Assembly (NCBI GenBank): GCA_964016885.1
Contig: OZ024740.1
Location: 79,484,001 to 79,548,000 of the forward strand
Reading direction: 5' to 3'
Source of the DNA: Eledone cirrhosa
Lineage: Eukaryota
Length of the DNA: 64,000 nt
Below, piece by piece: positions 35,374 to 48,060 of this stretch (its first letter is position 1; each line of letters starts with the position of its first letter). The notes beneath the pieces were generated by a model. It was not told the DNA's origin, did not search any database, and was given only the letters and a program-made list of their open reading frames with translations. Made by a program: the position numbers and the translations under genes.

Positions 35374-35520
35374 TTAAATCTCCACTACGGTAACCCTTCT
35401 ACCTTTGTTTTGTTTTCATCTTTGTCTCTCTCAATTTTCACTTTATCCTATTTCTCCTATCTATCATTCACTTCCTACCTCGAGATTTCCCTCTGCATTG
35501 TTGTGGCTTTCTAAACTACG

Positions 35521-35556
<36 letters not shown>

Positions 35557-35769
35557 TTACACATACCTTAATTACTTTAGCCTGGAGAGACGTGCTTCAC
35601 ATTTCCTAACTTAGCATCTCGTACAAAGATGCTCTCTGACTTGGTTTCAACCAGTTACATGTTTAGGTTGAGTCTTTGAAAATTGTAAAATAATTCTCTA
35701 ACTGATAATTTATAATTTACTTAATAAATGTCCTTAAACCTTTGGAGCTGCATTATTTTCTTTAATTAA

Positions 35770-35960
35770 GGGCGGTGGATTGGCAGTATCGGTAGGGGGT
35801 CGGACGCCATGCTTTGATGCATAGTTACGGCCCTTGCCATTCTGAGTTCAAATCCCGCCGAGGTTAACTTTACCTTTCATCCTTACGGGGTCGATAAAAT
35901 AAAGTACCAGTAATGTACTGGGTAATTGCTGGTCTTGTGCCAAAAGTAGAAACAATTATT
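35770..35960 (+). mobile_element. SINE family A
   Basis: Full-length match to the family consensus. Confidence 0.88.
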
Positions 35961-36448
35961 TTCTTTAAATAAATTTCAATCTTGAACTATTTACTGAATA
36001 ACCTAAAACCTTGTGGCTTGCATTAATTTGTGTGTGTGAGAAAGATTTTATAGCTTACATTTCCCCATATGTCAATTTTGGCCCAAACCTATTGTCTCTC
36101 TATTACCCTACAGCAGTGTTTCCAAAGTAGGTTTTATAAAATAATCCTGGGTTCCTGCAAGATAAGGTATCCTTTAATAAAATTTTTAAAACAATTTATA
36201 AATCTTTAAAACAATTTATTTCATTTAATATTGAAATAGAAGCTTTCACCATAATATTTTTTACTATAATAGGGTGTATAAACCCACTGAATGGAAAAAG
36301 ATGGGTATCTCGTGTGCTGGTAGACTTAATTGTTACAGTTTAACACCATCACCTCAGGTGGAGTTCACTCTGATGCAAGCATTCAGAATAGGTCTCCAGT
36401 TTGAGCAGGCCATTCAAACTATTACAAAATCACAATATTATTAAATTA

Positions 36449-36634
36449 GGGTGGTGGATTGGCAGTATCGGTAGAGAGTTGCATGCCATGCTTTGCAGTT
36501 ATGCCCATTTATGGTCTGAGTTCAAATCCCGGCGAGGTTAACTTTGCCTTTCATCCTTATAGGGTCGATAAAATAAAGTACCGGTAATGCACTGGGTAAT
36601 TGCTGGCTTTGTGCCAAAAGTAGAAACAATTATT
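36449..36634 (+). mobile_element. SINE family A with TSD
   Basis: Full-length. ATTATTAAATTAG is duplicated at both ends. Confidence 0.88.
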
Positions 36635-37423
36635 AAATTAGCTTCAGTCAACAAAACCATAGAAAATATGAGGTGGCCCAGTACATATAGTTGAATAGTA
36701 GACTTAATGTGTTGTCCAGTTTAACACCACTAACCAGCTCTTGCATGCCTTTAACAAAGTCCACTCTGTTGTAAGTACCTTAGGCCAAGTCTCCAGTTTT
36801 GGGACCCTCACTCGTGTTGGAGACCTCAAAAAGGGTTCTGGGCACTGACTAAGCAGTAACAAAATATTTTAGTGTAGGTACATGTTATTACATCTCACTA
36901 TAATTGATATGATGATAGCAATTTATTGTTCTGTACTGTGTGTTAATAACTCAAATTTGTCTCTTATAATTCCTCTTCAAATGATTATATAATAGTTATT
37001 GCTTTCAATTTAGATTTACTACAGACCATAGAAATTAAGTTTTATATTATCTGTAATAAAGTGTTTATACTATCTGTAGTAAAGAGTTTTTAATGTAGGT
37101 CAGTGCAATCTGCCCTAACCTTTTTTAATACTATAAACTACCAGAGAACTAGTTCTGATACAAAAATCTTTCCATTTTAAAGTGTTGATATTCAAATGGA
37201 AACCATTTGTAATAGTGTGGGCAAACTATGACCTCACCTTTTTCATACCAATTCACAGAAGGCCACTTCAGGTTCTGTGATACAAAACACGTTTTAACCC
37301 ATGTTACCAAAACACCTTGGGTCATGGTTCTTTTATACAAACTATTTATTTTGAAGTGTTTATATTCATCTAAAAACTTCCCACCATGATTTTATGTAGG
37401 AACCTTTAAATTATGCTCGATAA

Positions 37424-37701
37424 TCTAAACTATAATAAAGGGAGGAATATATTTTTTTATCCTGTTTGTAAAATAAGTTGGATTACTTTGAATAAATAAT
37501 GAATGAATATTACATAATTTAGCTATTAAATTTCGTTATTCTTGATTAAATATAAATAATTTTGTCGCTTATTTTAAGATTCACTTCTTTAAAATTTTCA
37601 AATGTCAAGACTTCCGGTTAGCGATCGCTTAAATAAACACATATATTTCCATCAATGGATTACGTTACTGATTACCTAAGACAGGGTGGTTTTTCAGCTA
37701 G
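37424..37701 (+). mobile_element. Short non-autonomous Helitron
   Basis: A|TCTAAACTATAATAAAG...GGGTGGTTTTTCAGCTAG|T. Homologous to the interrupted copy at 20298. Confidence 0.65.
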
Positions 37702-38239
37702 TAATGTATAATTATATTTAAAATTATGAAAGATTTCAATTTTAAGAATTTTTTGGTTAAATTGTTTCAAATATCAGTTTGATAATAATGTGAAAGTCAT
37801 GAATATTGTCAGAATTATTAGAGCATCAGACACAGTCCCTTCTAGTATTTAGTTATGACTCTTTACATTCAAGTCCTGTCAAAGGTAGCTTTGCAATTTA
37901 GGGGTTGAGTTCATGAAATATAGCACCAGCCAAGTAGCAAGGTTGATCTTTATTATTCTTATCATTTCTCCTAGATGTGAGTGGAATTTTAATTTAAAAA
38001 AAAATTTCTAACACAGATTTCATGAGCAATAGTCACAAAATGGTTAAGGTGTTATTTTAGCCAGCCTTAACTCTTAATATCCTTTACTGCATAAAACTAC
38101 ATATGGTATTCTTGAAAAGTAAAAGAGCAGCACTTCAAGTATACCACATTAAAAAATAGTCTTTATTTTGTTACTCTAAATTCTCATAACATTCTATCAT
38201 CCAGTAAAGGTACAATAAACATTCATTCTTGGGTGCTTT

Positions 38240-38390
38240 TAGTATAGTTCACTTTCTTGGTAACATTCAGGTCAGGTTTCTTGTTTGGACATGCCTCTAT
38301 GCCTTTCATCCTTACGGGGTCGATAAAATAAAGTACCAGTAATGTACTGGGATAATTGCTGGCCTTGTGCCAAAAGTAGAAACAATTAAT
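38240..38390 (+). mobile_element. 5'-truncated SINE family A (homology 38300-38390)
   Basis: GCCTTTCATCCTTACGGGGTCG...GTAGAAACAATTA at about 38300-38390. The upstream boundary is uncertain. Confidence 0.6.
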
Positions 38391-38914
38391 TAGTATTAGA
38401 GACCCTGACAAAATGAAAGGTCATGGGTCCTTTCTTTTTTCGGACAGTAACATGATTCAAATGAGATTTGGTTGCTATTTCTAGCAGATCACCTAGCAGT
38501 ATGGTAGCTCCCACATTAGTGGTGGGTGATGATGCAGCTACCAGTTTGATTATCAGCTGTTAACATGTTCACATGAATACATCTTCACATATCAATGGAG
38601 ATCATAAAAGATAATTTCTACATGGGAATTATTTAATCAGGAAGCCTTTCCCCTTTATGTGTGCATGTGTATTGTGTGTTTGTGCATGTATATTATTATA
38701 TAATTTCCATGTCAGTTAAATAATTTATTTTGATGTTTAGCAAATTATCTAATTAGTGTTGGAACTGTGCTATTTGAAAATTAGCTTCATTAACTAACAG
38801 TGGCTTATTTAATTAGTTGAAAATGTAATCACATTTATTACATAGAATTAATCATTTCTTATAGTAATGCAATAAGAAATATAGAGTAGCAAACTATTAT
38901 ATATATATATATAT

Positions 38915-39273
38915 ATCGTTTTTATATCCATTTTCCATGCTTGCATGGGTTGGACTGGTCCTTCTCTCCACGCCTTCTCTCCACTTGTCGCGTTGCTTCA
39001 TCATCTCCTCTGCCAGTCTTAACAATTTGAGGTCAGCTCTCACAACCTCTGCCCAGGTCTTTCTTGGTCTTCCTCTACTTCTTTCTTGGTCTTCCTCTAC
39101 TGTGGCTTCCTTTCACTGGGATTTCTTCACCCAGTGGTCATTGTCCATGCACATTACATGTCCACACAAATATAGTCTTCTCTCCTTCACACCATCTCAA
39201 ATTCCTCTTAAACTGAGCTTCTCCCTCAGCTCATCCAAGCTCTGCCTTTCTCTCACACTAACATTGCACATCT
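38915..39273 (-). mobile_element. Older RTE 3' fragment
   Basis: Homologous to the family B C-terminus and tail (CCATGCTTGCATGGGTTGGAC). Confidence 0.75.
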
Positions 39274-40289
39274 AACTCGAGTTTCTTCTTCAAACTTTTA
39301 AGAAAGCAGGTAATATTAGTTTTATTATATAGAAACTACTTAATGACAGTTGCAGCTTGATGGCATCTGTCTTCCCCATTTGGTCGTTGTCGCAGTCCTG
39401 TTTGGTTTCCTGAGTTTACGAAGGTGGGTGGTCTATGTTTAGTTTGCCTAGTATGGGTTGATTTAGCATGAGTTATGAGTGCAGGTTAGCGTTCAGTTTA
39501 GGGTGTTTGCTAAGTGTTTTGTGGACAGATTTGAGCAATGTCATACTTAAGGAACTTTTCTTCTACTACTCAATCAATTTTAGCGTCAGTCTTTCCCTTT
39601 TTTAGTAGGTATTTAGTAGTACACTCTGTAATGTGATAGTGCTGGTCTCACAATAAAATATACCCAGTACACTTTGTAAAGTGGTAGTGTTGGTGTCATG
39701 AGAAAATACACCCAGTACATTCTATAAAGTAGTGCTGGTGCCACGAGAGAATACACCCAGTACACTCTGTAAAGTGGTAGTGCTGGTGCAACTTTAGCAA
39801 TTTTCTTCTGCCATATCCTCTGATTGAGCCAAGCCTTTGTGAGTGAAATTGTATAGATGGAAACTATAGAAGCCTAATAAATACTATGGACTGTACCTGT
39901 AATTGAAATGTATATATATGTATGGGCAACACTATCATCGTCAATGTTTAACATTTATTTTCCATGTTTGCATGGGTTAGACTGGCTGTCATATTAGACT
40001 TGCTCACATGGGTCCATTTTTTTTTTTTCTGCCTGGATAACCTTCCTAAAACCAACCACTTTATAGTATGTAATGGGGGCTTTTTTCTTTTTGTGGCACC
40101 AGCACAGTTAACTACTACAGAGTTAACTGAGATTTTCTTTTTTTTTCTGGCACCAACATTAACACCTAACAAGGTGGACGGGGATGCTTTTTGTCATGGT
40201 ACCAGCACTACCACATAACAGGGTGGACTGGGTGCTTTTTGTCATGGCACCAGCACAAACACTTTTTACTTATATTAATGAACCAAGTT

Positions 40290-41940
40290 TCATCATCATC
40301 ATCGTTTAATGTCTATCTTTCACGCTAGCATGGGTTAGACAGGAGTTGTCCCAATTTGAGACAAGGTTGGTCGGGTGACCGTGTCTCTCTCGTATAGGAC
40401 TATCTGGCAGGTTTTCTATGGCTGGATTCCCTTCCTAACACCAACCACATTTACAGTGTGGACTGGGAACTTTTTACCATGTTACCTACACGGCCATATT
40501 ATAGCGTGGACTGTGTGTTTTTTTTTTGTTTTTTTGTCGTAACACCTACACGATCTCGATCTTATCTCATTAGTTTTTGACTGGATGTTGTGGTACAAAC
40601 TTTACAGAGAAAGGATGGTGTTAGTGGGAGTATGGGGTAGTTGATTAGGGTGTATATTTGGTTAAGAGGTGCCTACTGACTGTAGGTTTTGCTTTGTACA
40701 TAAGGAAGGGGTCTTCTGTATTATTGCGTGGCGCCAAAAATCTCAGTCCAGTGACATTGTCTTAGAGAGGTGCAAGTGTGTAAGGTCGGAATTTATCAAA
40801 TCGTCCCAGGTTTTTCTGGGTCGACCTACTCCGTAACTTCCATCAATTTTGATTGCCCTGCACTTTTTTATACAGCTGTCGTCTTTCATGCGCATCACGT
40901 GACCATACCAACGTAGTCTTCTCTCAAATAAACAGCATCTGATCCCTCTTATTCCTAATTTCTCAGTTCATTTATGTTTTGCCGTTTACGTATATTACTA
41001 TTACACATGCAACGGAGCATGCATGTTTCGTTCCTTTCAAGTCTGTGCAGGTCCTCTGCACACAATGCCCATGTCTCACTGCCATGTAGCATTGCTGTTC
41101 GTTTACAGCCATCATACAATCTGCCTTTCATTATTAGAGAATTGGCAGTATCGGTAGAGGGTCGGACGCCATGCTTTCCAGCATAGTTACGTCCCTTTAC
41201 GATCTGAGTTCAAATCCCGCCGAGGTTGACTTTGCTTTTCATCCTTACGGGGTCGATAAAATAAAGTACCAGTAATGCACTGGGTAATTGCTGGCCTTGT
41301 GCCTAAAGTAGAAACAATTATTAGAGAATTGGCAATGGATTGGCAGTATCGGTAGAGTCGGACGCCGTGCTTTGACGCATAGTTACGGCCCTTGCCATTC
41401 TGAGTTCAAATCCCGCCGAGGTTAACTTTGCCTTTCATCCTTACGGGGTCGATAAAATAAAGTACCAGTAATGCACACTAGTAATTGCTGGCCTTGTGCC
41501 AAAAGTAGAAACAATTATTAGAGAATTGGCAGTATCAGTAGAGGGTCGGACGCTATGCTTTGCAGCACAGAGTTACGCCCCTTTATGATCTGAGTTCAAA
41601 TCCTGCCAAGGTTAACTTTGCCTTTCATCCTTACAGGGTCGATAAAATAAAGTACCAGTAATGCACTGGGTAATTGCTGACCTTGTGCCAAAAGTAGAAA
41701 CAATTATTAGAGAGAAACCTTTTGTGGCCAACAGTGGTATAAGCTCTCTGAACTTTTTCCATCCCGTTCTGACTCTGGCTACTGTACTTTCAGAGCACCC
41801 TCCACCACTGCTGATTTTGTTACCCAGGTAACGGTTACCTGTGGTCCCACTACATCTTTTATGTACCCATAGTTTGCATTTGGGATATAAAATGGAATTT
41901 CTACCTACTCCTTTCCTACACACCGAGCACCTGTGCCCTA
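40290..41940 (-). mobile_element. RTE family C 3' portion interrupted by a SINE trimer
   Basis: (CAT)n tail, 3' UTR and C-terminal coding remnant. It resumes after 41708 with the KGFSL, RTGWKKFREL and CSVCRKGVG segments. Confidence 0.88.
41141..41708 (+). mobile_element. Three head-to-tail SINE family A copies
   Basis: Units start at about 41141, 41335 and 41525. Each is bounded by ATTATTAGAGA. Confidence 0.92.
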
Positions 41941-42439
41941 ATATTAAATAAACTAAAACATGCAATACTTTAGCTTTATTTTTGTTTGTTGTTTACCTGT
42001 TTACTATAACCTGTATGAGATCTGTGTTAATTTATGTAAATTTATTCTATTGTCTAGGATTTGTTTCTGTTGGAAATGGGTAGTGTTATTTGTCATACTT
42101 AATAGATGTGTAGATAACATCATTCTATTGTATATGTACTTAGAATTGAGGGTTAATATATTTTATTTGCTATCAATAATAGGATTTACTAAATTTTCTT
42201 TGACCAACTACAAATTGTAAAAGGCTTTCAGCTTTATATTGTCCGTCATCTTTGGTTGGGAGGTAATTGCTAGACTCTGGGATTGGTTGAGAATGTTTTT
42301 TGAGGACATCTCTAAGAGTTTTGTTGAATGTTTGTTTTTGTATGGATATATTGCTGCTTTTAGTACGACACAATTTTATAGATTTTAAAATTCAACATGT
42401 ATACTATCATATATACTATCATATCAGATGGCAACAAAA

Positions 42440-42900
42440 TGACAAGTTACTCTGTGTGTGATCTGTATTTATCACTCGCTGTTCTAGGGTTAGTCTGCTT
42501 TGTGGTCCTGTGGAACAGAATGGAGAAGACATTGCCCTGGGTGATGGCGAGGGAGACGCACTGGAACAACCACTCCACCTCGCGTGGCTTGCACTTGTGG
42601 ATAGCAGTGAGTAGGGATGAGGTTTGGGGACCAAGAACGTCGGAAGTCACTGCTGGCTCAACCACAGATCTATTGGAGAGCAGCTGATACTTTGATAGTT
42701 TGCCCTCTTTGGCCTGATGAGCAGCAAAATCTGGGCTGGTAACCGAATGCACTGGATTGCCGCTGGAGGTGTAACAATGTTTCCCAGAGGAGGGGCCTAC
42801 CATTGTATAATGGAAGATTGTCATGCCGTCTTACCTTTTGCTATCTCCTCAGTCCAGCCACCCTAGCCCGAGCTAGGAAGGAAAGCTTGCGGAGTGGTAG
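42440..42900 (-). pseudogene. Degenerate 3' end of a CRE-type non-LTR element (restriction-like endonuclease region)
   Basis: DGMTIF, AAHQAKEGKLSKY and PREVEWLFQCVSLAITQGNVFSIL resemble the PDG..K..KY..QRLSLAIQRGNA pattern of CRE-clade proteins. Confidence 0.68.
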
Positions 42901-43157
42901 TCTTAGTTGAGTGTGGGGATAGGGAAATTTGTGTATGTTGTTGTATTAGATAAATGGAGTTGAGGTTGTGTGTGTGCGCGCATGCATGTGCACATGTGTG
43001 TATAGACCATGTGTAGTGGTGGAGGTTGTCAACTTAGGAATAGTGCTGTGTGTACTTATATGCTTGACTACTTTAAACATATAAAAATTACCTTTTTGTA
43101 ATATACATAGATGTATATGTATCGGTTGAACAATAGAAACGTGAAAAAAAGGTTAGG

Positions 43158-43358
43158 TTTAGTACTTAATTAGTTTATTGTTTTAAGATTGTTTCAAAAG
43201 GATGAATGAACCATTGCCAAAAATATTGAGATGGATTTATTTTATCGAGACTAGCAATATGGAATTACATAGCTGCTATTGATTAGTCAATGTATCAATA
43301 TTATCATGGTTCATTAAACCTTTTGAAACAATTGTAAAACAAGTAATTAAGCACTAAA
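43158..43358. repeat. Imperfect foldback palindrome of about 200 bp
   Basis: TTTAGTACTTAATTA...TTGTTTCAAAAGG..AATGAACCAT is mirrored by ATGGTTCATT..CCTTTTGAAACAA...TAATTAAGCACTAAA. Confidence 0.75.
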
Positions 43359-43494
43359 TTATTCGAGACCTATGAGTTCTCAACATTATTTAATCTGATG
43401 CCACAAAAACAAAAGTATTCTTCACCTTGTTTCATTGGAATATTCATAGCCATACTACATGGAGTTCTAACAGCTTTATTGATACTATCTTATA

Positions 43495-43708
43495 CCTTTA
43501 GATTTATTTTACCTTATATAAACTATGGTATTTTTGTGGTAAAGGCTTTATCTTACATAATTTTCTCATATAATATCGAATCTACGATAGTTTGATATTT
43601 ATTTTGAGAACAATACCTTAACATCAGTATGAGCAGCCGGTTACGACCAGTTTGAACAGAAATACGTCAGAATTCTGGCTGGATATGGCCGGTTTAAATG
43701 CTAAAGGG
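43495..43708. mobile_element. piggyBac-like MITE (partial neighbour at 43881-44060)
   Basis: Reverse-orientation homologue of 4085-4289, ending AAATGCTAAAGGG|TTAA. Confidence 0.7.
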
Positions 43709-44604
43709 TTAAATAGGTAAATACCAGTGTATATGTATTTAAAAAACCAAGGTCTGGTGTCAGGAAAGGTCCTGCTTCAAAAGGTTTCTTGCAACCAATG
43801 CCAGCTTAGAGAATCAAGTGTGAAAACCATGATAAAAGTGTACCTATGATACACCTCACAATGTCTCCTTCATTTTTTAATCCTTTAGCATTTACATTTA
43901 CTTTATATATACTATTATGTTTTCATGGTAAAGGCTTTACTTCTCGTAATTATCTCACATAATATCAAATCTATGAGATTTTGATATTATTTGTTTTGAG
44001 AACAATACCTTAACATCAGTATGACTGACCGGTTACAGCCGGTTTGAACTGTTTAAATGCCTCATCTCGGGAAGATTTAGCTGCTATTTCTAATAAGTCA
44101 AGTGACTGAAGATTTCTCGTCTAGTCATTTTATTTATTATTTTTAAGATGGTAGGAAAAGATTTGAGGGAGATTTGACTGCTATTTCAATTAGATTGAAA
44201 GACTACATAGAAGTTTTGTAAATGTCAGGTTATCATTGATTTAACTATTTTGGTACCAAACAGTCTGAAATTACCTCTGGTTCTGAACTGTTTAACTCTC
44301 TATCTCTCTATCATTTCACACTGCTCTCTCCCTCTGTCATTTCACACTCCTCTCTATCTTCACATCTCCCTCTCTCACCCTCCCTCTCTTTTGACAAGTG
44401 TAATTTCCAAAAAATCTAAATAATCTCCATACTATTACCACCACCACCACCACCACTACTACCTGTAGTAGTAGTAGTAGAAGTAGTAAAGATTATTACA
44501 TATTTCACTATCAAGTAAAATTGCCAAGATTAACTAGAGCAAGACTAATTGATGTCATATTTAAAATCTGTTTCATGTGTTGCTCTTTCATAATGCTGTT
44601 GTTT

Positions 44605-45341
44605 AGCTCTGATTCACACATCTTTGAACAGGCCTCAGCTCTGTTCACACATCTTTGAACAGGCCTCAGCTCTAATTCACACATCTTTGAACAGGCCTCA
44701 GCTCTGATTCACACATCTTTGAACAGGCCTCAGCTCTGATTCACACATCTTTGAACAGGCCTCAGCTCTGATTCACACATCTTTGAACAGGCCTCAGCTC
44801 TGTTCACACATCTTTGAACAGGCCTCAGCTCTGTTCACACATCTTTGAACAGGCCTCAGCTCTGTTCACACATCTTTGAACAGGCCTCAGCTCTGATTCA
44901 CACACCTTTGAACAGGCCTTAGCTCTGGTTCCCACACCTTTGAACAGGCCTCAGCTCTGGTTCCCACATCTTTGAACAGGCCTCAGCTCTGATTCACACA
45001 TCTTTGAACAGGCCTTAGCTCTGGTTCCCACACCTTTGAGCAGGCCTTAGCTCTGGTTCCCACATCTTTGAGCAGGCCCTTAGCTCTGGTTCCTACATCT
45101 TTGAGCAGGCCCTTAGCTCTGGTTCCTACATCTTTGAGCAGGCCCTTAGCTCTGGTTCCTACATCTTTGAGCAGGCCCTTAGCTCTGGTTCCTACATCTT
45201 TGAGCAGGCCTTAGCTCTGGTTCCTACATCTTTGAGCAGGCCTTAGCTCTGGTTCCTACATCTTTGAGCAGGCCTTAGCTCTGGTTCCCACATCTTTGAG
45301 CAGTCCTTAGCTCTGGTTCCCACACCTTTGAGCAGTCCTTA
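44605..45341. repeat. 31-33-bp minisatellite, about 23 copies (AGCTCTGATTCACACATCTTTGAACAGGCCTC)
   Basis: Direct tandem units with no spacers. Confidence 0.97.
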
Positions 45342-45559
45342 CCTTAGCTTTTGGCCACACTTATTCAAGCACTTTCATATGCATTCATATATGTCATTGG
45401 TATTGTCTTACACCTGTTTTTCTGTGCTGATGTGGATTGTACAGGTTTTGTTCAGTATTTTGTTTATCTTGTTAGTTCTCTCTGACAACCTGCAAGCATA
45501 TGTTCATTTTCTAAAACTGAGATGATGCTGAACAACTGACTACATAGTCAGTTGTTTAA

Positions 45560-45757
45560 CCCTTTAATATTTACATTACTCTATATTGCATTTTCACGGT
45601 AAACACTTTATTTCACAAAATATTGAATCTACAAGATTTTGATATTCATTTTGTGAACAATACCCTAACATAAGTATGAGCAGCCGGTTATGGCCAGTTT
45701 GAACAGAAAGAGGTGAGAGAATTTTGGCCGGGTACGACTGGTTTAAATGCTAAAGGG
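45560..45757. mobile_element. piggyBac-like MITE
   Basis: TTAA|CCCTTTAATATTT...AAATGCTAAAGGG|TTAA. Confidence 0.75.
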
Positions 45758-47619
45758 TTAATCTTACTAAGTCAAGTAACAGTTCTGGAAAGGTAGAATT
45801 AGGCAAAGGATTTAATGTGAGGGTTGAGAAAATTGAGACAATAGTGGTAACGATAAAAGGATCAGTGGCCATTTCAGTAGCAGCTGATGAAATGGGAGAG
45901 GGTATGTTATATTTGTGCCTCTCAACATGGACTATAGCATCTTGTCGTATGTGCATCTGTCAAAATCAATCAATGGCTTTTGGCACCTGTTATAGATGAT
46001 CTGAGTCTATCTGCATCTGGAAACTTCCTCTTCAAGACACATACCCAGACAAGGTTTTTTGGTATAAGATTAGTTGTTAACTATATATAATGCATGTCTT
46101 CCTTCTCCAGCAAATGTTTCTTTATGAATGTGTAATCACTTCCTACCTGTAAATCAATTTACACACCCAAAATCATCATCATCATAATTTATACAGAAAA
46201 TACTTCAAGTTATAAGCTTGTATCCTGCTGTCATTGGAAATATGCCTGAAGTTGTTGAGGCTACATCAAGATTAAGTAGGGAAATAAATTTTGGAATTTT
46301 ATAAATATTTGATTTTTATTTATTTTCCCTGCAGGAAAAACAATTTTGAAATTTTCTTCAAAACATTGAAGAAAATAAAACCTGTTAGCTTAAAAAAGGC
46401 GTGGAAAGAGAATTTTTCTCATCAGTCTGTTGTATAAAGTGGCAGTCAACCAACTTTGAATAAAGTGTGCCAAATAAAACCACTGTAGTGTTGTGCTTTC
46501 ATGTGTCTCTCTTTGAATGCTGTTGACCGACTTATATTTAAAATATGATTAAAGGTCTGAATTATTATGTTTGTAATTTCCAACTATTCAACACCCTTTT
46601 GACACCAATCTGTCTGAAACTGCCTCTGTTGAAAATTAAATTCAGTTCTTAGAATTAAAATATATTACATTGAAGATTCTGTCTTGCATTGAGCCCTTAA
46701 TTCTCAATGAAGTTAATAGGGTACCATCATTACATACATGTCTTGATAGCACATATCTGATTATCTGCTGATCATGAAATGATCAGGGTTGACCTAGGGT
46801 TAAATAACCGATTAATGTAATAGTAATTAGATACATTGCTGAATATTCTGTAACTCAAGAATTTATTTCACACGATAGCAAATTGTTAGGACCATACAAA
46901 TATGTTGACCACTAGAATTAAAGCTATAGTAATCATCAGAGCTAAACCACTGCTGTGACAAATATCCTGCATGAAGAGGTGACAGGGAGGGCTGAATTCT
47001 CTATAGGATACCACCACTGTAAGATGGTGGAAGCTTCTCTAACTGAAGCTAGAGGAGGAGGAGATGTATAGAAAGTGAACTGGACCTGTCAAGAAATGGT
47101 TGGTGTCTGAAAAGTTTATTCTGTTTTCAAACAGTTGAGCCAGGACAAAGGTCTGAGAATACATTCCTCCTACCAATCTCAGAGACCTTGAAAATGATCA
47201 GGAGTGCTGCTCTTCCATAACTATTATTTAAAAAAAAAAGATGTGGCAGTTATAATTATAATAGCTATCCATGGAATTTGTTCTGCCATTTCTATATTGA
47301 TCAGATAATGTTTTTTTTTTTCCTTTTTAAATTAATATTTTATAGATTCTGATAAAGTTTCTCAAATTATTTGTTTGTTTTCTGTATTTTAAGTGATATC
47401 ACTATAATTTAAAACAATCTCAATTTTAAAAAAAAATCTGTAATTAGTATTTTTGACTCTATATTTCAGGTGTTGGTAGTTCTAAGCACAGTTTAGTGTA
47501 TTTCTAAATATGATCTTTCAATATAATTATCACGTAAATACATAATTCTTGAATTATATATATATAGTTCTCCAAAGAGATATTATTTATTTAGTAACTG
47601 AATCTAGTAATTGAATAAA

Positions 47620-48060
47620 CAACGTTGGTTGTTAAAGCTTTCTCATCTTTAGTTGTGAAATATACAGTTCTGTTAATCATAGTCACTTAATTCTAGTAGT
47701 AATATAGCTCTGATGACTGTCATAGCTTTCTCAATATGAGCTGTAAAAAACAAAAAAAAAGATAAATGTTCTGACACTTGTCATAGCTTAGTAACAACTC
47801 CAGCAGTGATGTAGCTCTGATTATCATAGCTTTCTAGTAGTGAAATAAACAGCTCCTGTGGTTGTTGTGGCTTTCTTAACTCTAGTCAGGAAAAAGAAGG
47901 GGGAAACAAAAAAAAGAAATGCAGTTCTAATGTTAGAGCTTTTTCAGCTCTAACTGTGACTCTCAACCCATATTTTGATATTCATCATAGTTTTCTCATC
48001 TCTGAAATAAATAGCTCTTATTATTGTCATAGCTTATTAACTCTAACATTGAAACAGTAA
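47620..48060. repeat. Old degenerate tandem repeat of about 45-50 bp
   Basis: Recurring TCATAGCTTTCTCA..TCTAG..GTGAAATA.ACAG.TCTG motifs. Confidence 0.6.

Larger units (their letters stand above)
33513..35527 (-). mobile_element. Penelope-like element, 5'-truncated, with an inverted partial copy
   Basis: GIY-YIG ORF remnant. 35042-35527 is the inverted copy of 34655-34833 joined to 33551-33847. (TA)n lies on both flanks. Confidence 0.9.

Noticed and set aside
39280-39620. Possible coding remnant on the minus strand (also 42173-42373)
   Set aside because: It contains stops and no recognisable motif, so it is unassignable without a database search.
44605-45341. CRISPR-like array of 32-bp repeats
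   Set aside because: Units are contiguous with no unique spacers, there are no cas genes, and the context is eukaryotic. The same applies to 782-1119.
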